A DNA stretch of 64,000 nt from Candidatus Latescibacterota bacterium. GTDB taxonomy: Bacteria > Latescibacterota > UBA2968 > GCA-2709665. Positions 59,012 to 64,000 of this stretch are shown one piece after another (within the stretch, counting starts at the first letter, position 1; each line of letters begins with the position of its first letter). The stretch spans positions 3,936,001 to 4,000,000 of the forward strand of contig OZ252100.1 of NCBI GenBank assembly GCA_965248435.1. Direction: 5' to 3'. The translations under genes and the position numbers were made by a program. Under the pieces are notes generated by a model, which saw only the letters and a program-made list of their open reading frames with translations, did no database searches and was not told the origin of the DNA.

Positions 59012-60994
59012 TTGGAATCGAGCATTGCACATAGGGAGATGCATCCCGAGACGGACACCGTTCCAGGGCGACCTCGGGAGCGGGTGACAGGCCGGGCCTT
59101 CGTGCTCGGCCTGATCACGATTGTGGCCATGTGTCTCTTAAGCGAGAACTATGGTAGGGGCCTGATCAGAAGCAATATGCCCGTTCCGGCGCTGCTCATG
59201 TTTACGCTTTGGTTCGGGATCTACATTCTGCTCAAGTTGACTCTTCCACGGCTGGCACTGTCCCAAACCGAGCTTTTGACCATTTTCGGGATGGCCTGGC
59301 TCGTCGGGACGCTGCCGGGCCTCGGTGTGGTGGGCTACTTGATGTTCGAGGTCACGGCTCCGGCCTATTTCTCGACGCCCGAGGACCGGTTCTGGGAGGT
59401 GGTGGGGCTCTATCTACCCAGATTCCTTTTGTTCGATCAGGGTAACCCGGCCGTGGCGACCTACTACCTCGGACTTCGCCCGGGAGAGGCGATTGTCTGG
59501 AGCGAGTGGTTTTTTCGGCTCTACTGGTGGTTTGTCGGGCTCTCGAGTCTGGCGCTGGCGGGGTTTTTTGCCAGTGTCGTCTTCTACAGGCAGTGGGCGG
59601 ATAAGGAGCGGCTCGTGTTTCCGCTGGCGACCTTTCCGGTCGAGCTCCTTAAGGAATCCGCGGGGAATCGACTGCCTGATGTGCTCAGAAACCTGGTGTT
59701 CTGGGCGGGGTTTGCTTTTACGTTCGGGATTCTCGCGTGGAATGTGGCGAGGTACTTCATCCTTGACCTACCCCGAATCACCTTGTTCGATCATGAGACC
59801 TTTAAGAACATCACTCTCGCTCGAGACTTTCCGCCCCTCAATGTGCGCGTTCACCCATTTATCATCGGACTGGCCTATCATGCTCCCCTAAACATCCTGT
59901 TCAACATCTGGTTTTTCTATGTTCTGAATATTTTGAAAATAGGACTGATGAATGTAACCGGATTCTCTGTCGGCCTCGAAGGCCAACCGGCAGCGCCAAG
60001 AGATATCACGACGTTGGAGAGTCACGGCGCGCTCGTAGTCCTTGTGATCTGGTCTGTGTGGATCGGAAGGGGCCATCTGAGGGAGACGTTCCAGAAGGCC
60101 TTCTTTTTCCGTCGTGCCGAAGACGACGGTGCTCCAGTGACCTACCGAACGGCCTACCTCGGTTTTGTCTGCGCTGCCATTTTTCTGTTGGGATGGCTAG
60201 TGTCGACCGGGTTCAGCCTGCCGTTTGCCCTTCTGCAAATGGCCCTGCTTTTCGTTATCTACTTCGGGACGGCAAAATATCTCGCGGCCACCGGGTTCAT
60301 CTCCCTGAGGGTTCCGGGGAACAAAGGCGCCGTGATTCTTCGGTCCATTATCGGGATTAGAAATCTCTCCCCGTCCAACCTTGTGGGCGTGAAGATGGTC
60401 GATATAAATGGCTTCGCGGGCACGACCTCCCGGATGCTGTCGATTCCCGGGATCCCGCACCTTTTTCGTATGCTCGGGACGGCTTTGAAGCGGCATCCCC
60501 TGATTTCACTCGCGCTGCCTGCGGCACTCATCACCGGTTTCACCGCCCAGTGTTGGGCACATCTAGACCTCAGCCACAGGGAAGGCGGCATGAATGTCGC
60601 CTTCACCGGGATGCGAATGCTGGACCTGGTCTCTCAAATCGGCGGGAGCGGCCAGTCTACCTTCGATGTCCAGAAGCTGCTCGTCTGGATCGTGGGGGCG
60701 GCTGAAGCCTGTCTGTTCACCTTCCTTGGGACGAGGTTCACAGGATGGCCGATTCATCCCGTGGGCCTGGCCTTCCCCACCTACTACGGATTCAGCGTTT
60801 TCCTCGTCTGGCTGCCCAAGATCATCATCCTTAGACTCGGCGGGGTGCTGCTCTATCGCAGGTCGGTTCCCTTCTTTTATGGGATGATCGTCGGGTACCT
60901 AGTGGGTATCTTGTACGCGGCCGCTGTGGATATCATTTTCTTTCCCTCCGTCCGCGGATATGGGACCTTCCACGGCTTGCCTCACCATGACTAA
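59012..60994 (+). CDS. DUF6785/DUF6784-like membrane protein, tandem copy 2
   Basis: Colinear paralog of copy 1. TTG start inferred from the aligned ATG in copy 4 (MESSIAH). Confidence 0.8.
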   Translation: MESSIAHREMHPETDTVPGRPRERVTGRAFVLGLITIVAMCLLSENYGRGLIRSNMPVPALLMFTLWFGIYILLKLTLPRLALSQTELLTIFGMAWLVGTLPGLGVVGYLMFEVTAPAYFSTPEDRFWEVVGLYLPRFLLFDQGNPAVATYYLGLRPGEAIVWSEWFFRLYWWFVGLSSLALAGFFASVVFYRQWADKERLVFPLATFPVELLKESAGNRLPDVLRNLVFWAGFAFTFGILAWNVARYFILDLPRITLFDHETFKNITLARDFPPLNVRVHPFIIGLAYHAPLNILFNIWFFYVLNILKIGLMNVTGFSVGLEGQPAAPRDITTLESHGALVVLVIWSVWIGRGHLRETFQKAFFFRRAEDDGAPVTYRTAYLGFVCAAIFLLGWLVSTGFSLPFALLQMALLFVIYFGTAKYLAATGFISLRVPGNKGAVILRSIIGIRNLSPSNLVGVKMVDINGFAGTTSRMLSIPGIPHLFRMLGTALKRHPLISLALPAALITGFTAQCWAHLDLSHREGGMNVAFTGMRMLDLVSQIGGSGQSTFDVQKLLVWIVGAAEACLFTFLGTRFTGWPIHPVGLAFPTYYGFSVFLVWLPKIIILRLGGVLLYRRSVPFFYGMIVGYLVGILYAAAVDIIFFPSVRGYGTFHGLPHHD

Positions 60995-61020
60995 CGAGCG
61001 CGTACCGGGAAACCAAAACA

Positions 61021-61108
61021 CGGGTACCGGGTACCGTAAAAGACAGAATTTTAAGAGTCAGGATTTTTGTTGGTTTTCGAACCCCGGTACCCTGTACCCG
61101 GTACCCGG
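61021..61108. repeat. GGTACC-heptamer inverted-repeat spacer, copy 2
   Basis: Nearly identical to 58908-58996. Confidence 0.85.
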
Positions 61109-61123
61109 ATTTCAAGGGGTAAA

Positions 61124-63027
61124 TTGGAATCGAGCATTGCACATAGGGTGATGCAACCCGAGCCGGTCGCCGATCCAGGGCGACCTCCCGAGCGCGTGAC
61201 GCCACGTGCGTTCGTCCTGGGGCTCGTGACGATCGTCGTGATGTGCATCTTCTCGGAGCACTACGGGAGGGGCCTTGTCAGGAGCTTCATGCCGATGCCG
61301 GCTCTGCTGATGTTCATGGTGTGGATCGCGATCAATCTGGTGCTCAAGAGCGCATATCCGCGCGTGGCGCTGTCTCGTACAGAGATCCTTATGATCTTTG
61401 GCATGACCTGGCTGGTCGGAACGCTCCCGGGTCTTGGTCTGGTCGGCTACCTGATGCATTACGTCACGGGTCCGGCCTATTTCTCCACGCCCGAAGACCG
61501 CTTCTGGGAGGTCGTGGGGCTCTACGTCCCGGAATTTCTCCTGTTCGAGCAGGGTAGCCCGGTCGTGGGGCCCTACTATCTCGGACTGCGCGTAGGTGAG
61601 GTAATTTCCTGGGAAGCGTGGTTCGTTCGCCTCTACTGGTGGTTCGTGGGGATCTTGAGCGTGGTGATGGCAGGATTCTTTGCAAGCGTGATCTTTTACA
61701 GGCAATGGGCGGACAAAGAGCGGCTTGTCTTCCCTCTGGCGACTTTTCCTGTGGAGCTGCTTCAGGAATCAGAGGAGAGTCGGCTGCCGGGCTTCGTCAG
61801 GAATCCCATCTTCTGGATCGGGTTTGCGACGACGTTTGGGCTCCTCGCCTGGAACGTGGCGGGCTGGTTCATTCTCGATTTGCCCCGGATGTCACTCTAC
61901 GATCATCGTGACTTCAAGTATATCCTGATTGCCCGTGATTTCCCTCCCCTGAACGTTCGCGTACACCCCTTTATCATTGGCCTGGCTTATCACTGTCCGT
62001 TGAACATCCTTTTCAACATCTGGTTCTTCTATCTCTTGAGTATTCTCAAACAAGGGATCATGAACCGGACCGGGGTCTCTGTCGGGGTGGAAGGCCAACC
62101 CGCCGACCCGAGAGACATCCTGACACTGGAGAGCCACGGGGCCCTGGTGGTGCTGGTGCTCTGGTCCGTGTGGGTCGCGAGAGGTCACCTGAAAGAGACG
62201 TTTCAAAAGGCCTTCCTGAGTCGCCGTCACGAGGATGATGGGGCTCCGGTATCCTACCGAACGGCCTACCTCGGTTTCCTCGGGGCCGCGATTTTTCTCC
62301 TGGGCTGGCTGATGACGGTCGGCTTCAGCCTGCCCGTGGCCCTTCTGCAGATGTCCCTGTTGTTCATCATCTACTTCGGGATGGCGAAGTACGCGGCAGC
62401 AACGGGGTTCATCTTCCTCCGGGTCCCGGGAGGAAAGGGCACGTTGATCCTGAAGTCAATCCTCGGGACGGAGAAATTCTCGCCATCCAACCTGGTGGGT
62501 TTGGTGGTCGTGGAGCAAAACGCGTTTGTAGGTTCCACGGCGCGGATGCTGGCGATTCCCGGGATCTCCCACGTCTTTCGAATGCTGGGTAGTGCCCTGC
62601 GTCGGCATCCACTGATCTGGCTTGCCCTGCCTGCCGCTCTCATCACGGGCTACACCACCCAGTGCTGGACACACCTCTACAACAGCCACACGGAAGGCGG
62701 GATGAACGTCGCCTTCAGCGGGATCCCGGGGGCCATGCTGGGCCTGGTCTCAGATATCGAGGGGACCGACCCCACGGTCTTCGACGTCGAGAAGCTGACC
62801 GTCTGGGGGGTCGGAGTCACGGAGGCCGCCCTGTTCATACCTGGCTGCCGAAGATTATCATCCTCCGATTCGGCGGGGTGGCCCTGTATCGAAAGTCTGT
62901 TCCTTTCTTTTACGGCCTTATCGTCGGATATATCATGGCCGTCTGGTTTTATGCCACCGTCGACATCATGTTCTTTCCTTACGTGCGCGGATACGGGACC
63001 GCTCACGGCCTGCCTCATCACTGGTAG
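61124..63027 (+). pseudogene. DUF6785/DUF6784-like copy 3, frameshifted by an ~85-bp deletion near 62839
   Basis: The segment equivalent to 58631-58715 (including WPIHPVG) is missing; the C-terminus TWLPK...HGLPHHW continues in another frame (ORF 62662..63027). Confidence 0.85.
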
Positions 63028-63070
63028 AAAGCCGTCGTTCGTCGGTAATCAATTTCTGATCATTATCGGG

Positions 63071-63633
63071 AAATCCCCCTCAGTCCCCCTTTGTTAAAGG
63101 GGGAGGATTCTACTCCGGAGGTGAGTACTCTTTCAGCTAAGTAATGTTCCCCCTTTGGAAAGGTTCTTCGCCGAATGTTGGGGTTAAGGTATTAAGCTCT
63201 AATTGTAGACTCGCCCGCTTGCCGGCGTCTCTGTAACTCGCGAGATGCATCGCTCAAAGTCATCAGGGCCGCGGTGTGCGACTCCGATGCAACCTCGTTC
63301 TTTCACCTCCCACGCGGTTAGGCCCTCTGGGCCGGTCCCATAGTGGGCGTTCTGTGGGGCAGGAGTCCCGCCCTGATTGCCGCCCCCGTCCTTTCCACTG
63401 AGGGTGAGGTGCCGCGGCCCGAGCCCCCGCGGCGTTTGAGCGGCGCCCTTCTTTTGTCTACTTTTCTTGTGGCGAGACAAGAAAAGTAGACCGCCGGAGG
63501 CATGGGGTTCTTGGGTGGGGCGAACAGCCTAGGGAGCAAGGAGAGATAGCCACTTTTTTCTCGAAATCTGCTCATGACCTCCCCTAAATTCGGTGAAGAG
63601 CCTTTGGAAAAGGGGGGTAGCGGGGATTTGAAT
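63071..63633. repeat. REP-like family 1 copy (reverse orientation) hosting element D
   Basis: AAATCCCCCTCAGTCCCCCTTTGTTAAAGGGGG ... CCCCCTTTGGAAA[element]TTTGGAAAAGGGGGG..GGGGATTT. Confidence 0.75.
63162..63602 (+). mobile_element. Non-autonomous ISL3-ended element, copy D (441 bp)
   Basis: Ends GGTTCTTCGCCGAATGTTGGGG and CCCCTAAATTCGGTGAAGAGCC; perfect TSD TTTGGAAA (63154-63161, 63603-63610). Confidence 0.9.
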
Positions 63634-63715
63634 TTCGGGAAGAGCGGTGACGCCTAATTCGTTTGATGGGTGTGGCAGAACCCCGGTACCCGGTACCCGG
63701 ATTTCAAGAGGTGAA

Positions 63716-64000
63716 ATGGAATCGAGTATCGCACATATAGAGATGCAAGATCAGGCGCTTGAACCAGGTAGAGAGCGCGTGACAGGCCGTGCCTTCCTGC
63801 TCGGCTTGATCTCTATCGTGGGGATGTGCCTGTTCGCCGAGAACTACGGCAGGGGGCTGGTCCGAACATTCATGCCTGTGACGGCCCTGCTCGTGCTGGT
63901 GGCCTGGATCGGGATCAACATCCTGCTAAAATGTTCGTTCCCGCGCCTGGCGTTGTCGCGGATCGAGTTGCTGACGATCTTCGGGATGACCTGGCTGGTG
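63716..64000 (+). CDS. DUF6785/DUF6784-like tandem copy 4, 5' part (runs off the window; absent from the ORF track)
   Basis: Translates MESSIAHIEMQDQALEPGRERVTGRAFLLGL...ENYGRGL...LSRIELLTIFGMTWLV; RBS GAGGTG. Confidence 0.85.
   Translation, partial: MESSIAHIEMQDQALEPGRERVTGRAFLLGLISIVGMCLFAENYGRGLVRTFMPVTALLVLVAWIGINILLKCSFPRLALSRIELLTIFGMTWLV

Noticed and set aside
63255-63285. Hammerhead core (CTGATGA on the minus strand) or group II intron start (GTGCG) in the ISL3-ended elements
   Set aside because: CTGATGA occurs only in copy D (others CTGACGG, CTGATCA, CTGATGG) with no following GAAA; no domain V or RT is visible.
58908-63700. CRISPR array
   Set aside because: Repeats are 7-mers or dispersed palindromes with no regular repeat-spacer period, and no cas genes are present.

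Overview
This GC-rich bacterial window reads as a carbohydrate/sulfate-ester catabolic island heavily colonised by small mobile DNA. The gene content suggests an FCB-type candidate phylum such as Ca. Latescibacterota; that is inference only. Coding content: 7 Cys-type sulfatases, a GH29 alpha-L-fucosidase, 5 near-duplicate beta-propeller hydrolase-like genes, 2 Asp-box proteins, an amidase, 2 amidohydrolases, a class III aminotransferase, a UxuA-like dehydratase, DHDPS-family lyases, a PhyH dioxygenase, a P450, a GntR regulator, a TonB-dependent receptor / T9SS-CTD protein / PorV triad, and 5 DUF6785/DUF6784-like membrane proteins (4 in tandem). Mobile content: 2 ISL3 copies, 3 IS30 copies (3-bp TSDs), and a family of ~430-510 bp non-coding elements with ISL3 ends and a structured core showing compensatory base changes. 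All ISL3-type elements with intact ends sit in the TTT-N2/3-AAA loop of one palindromic repeat family. The two best candidates for undescribed biology are (1) the ISL3-ended structured-RNA elements with their repeat landing pads, and (2) the TBDR-CTD protein-PorV plus DUF6785 uptake system feeding apparently cytoplasmic enzymes. All alignments and folds were done by eye; no database search was run.
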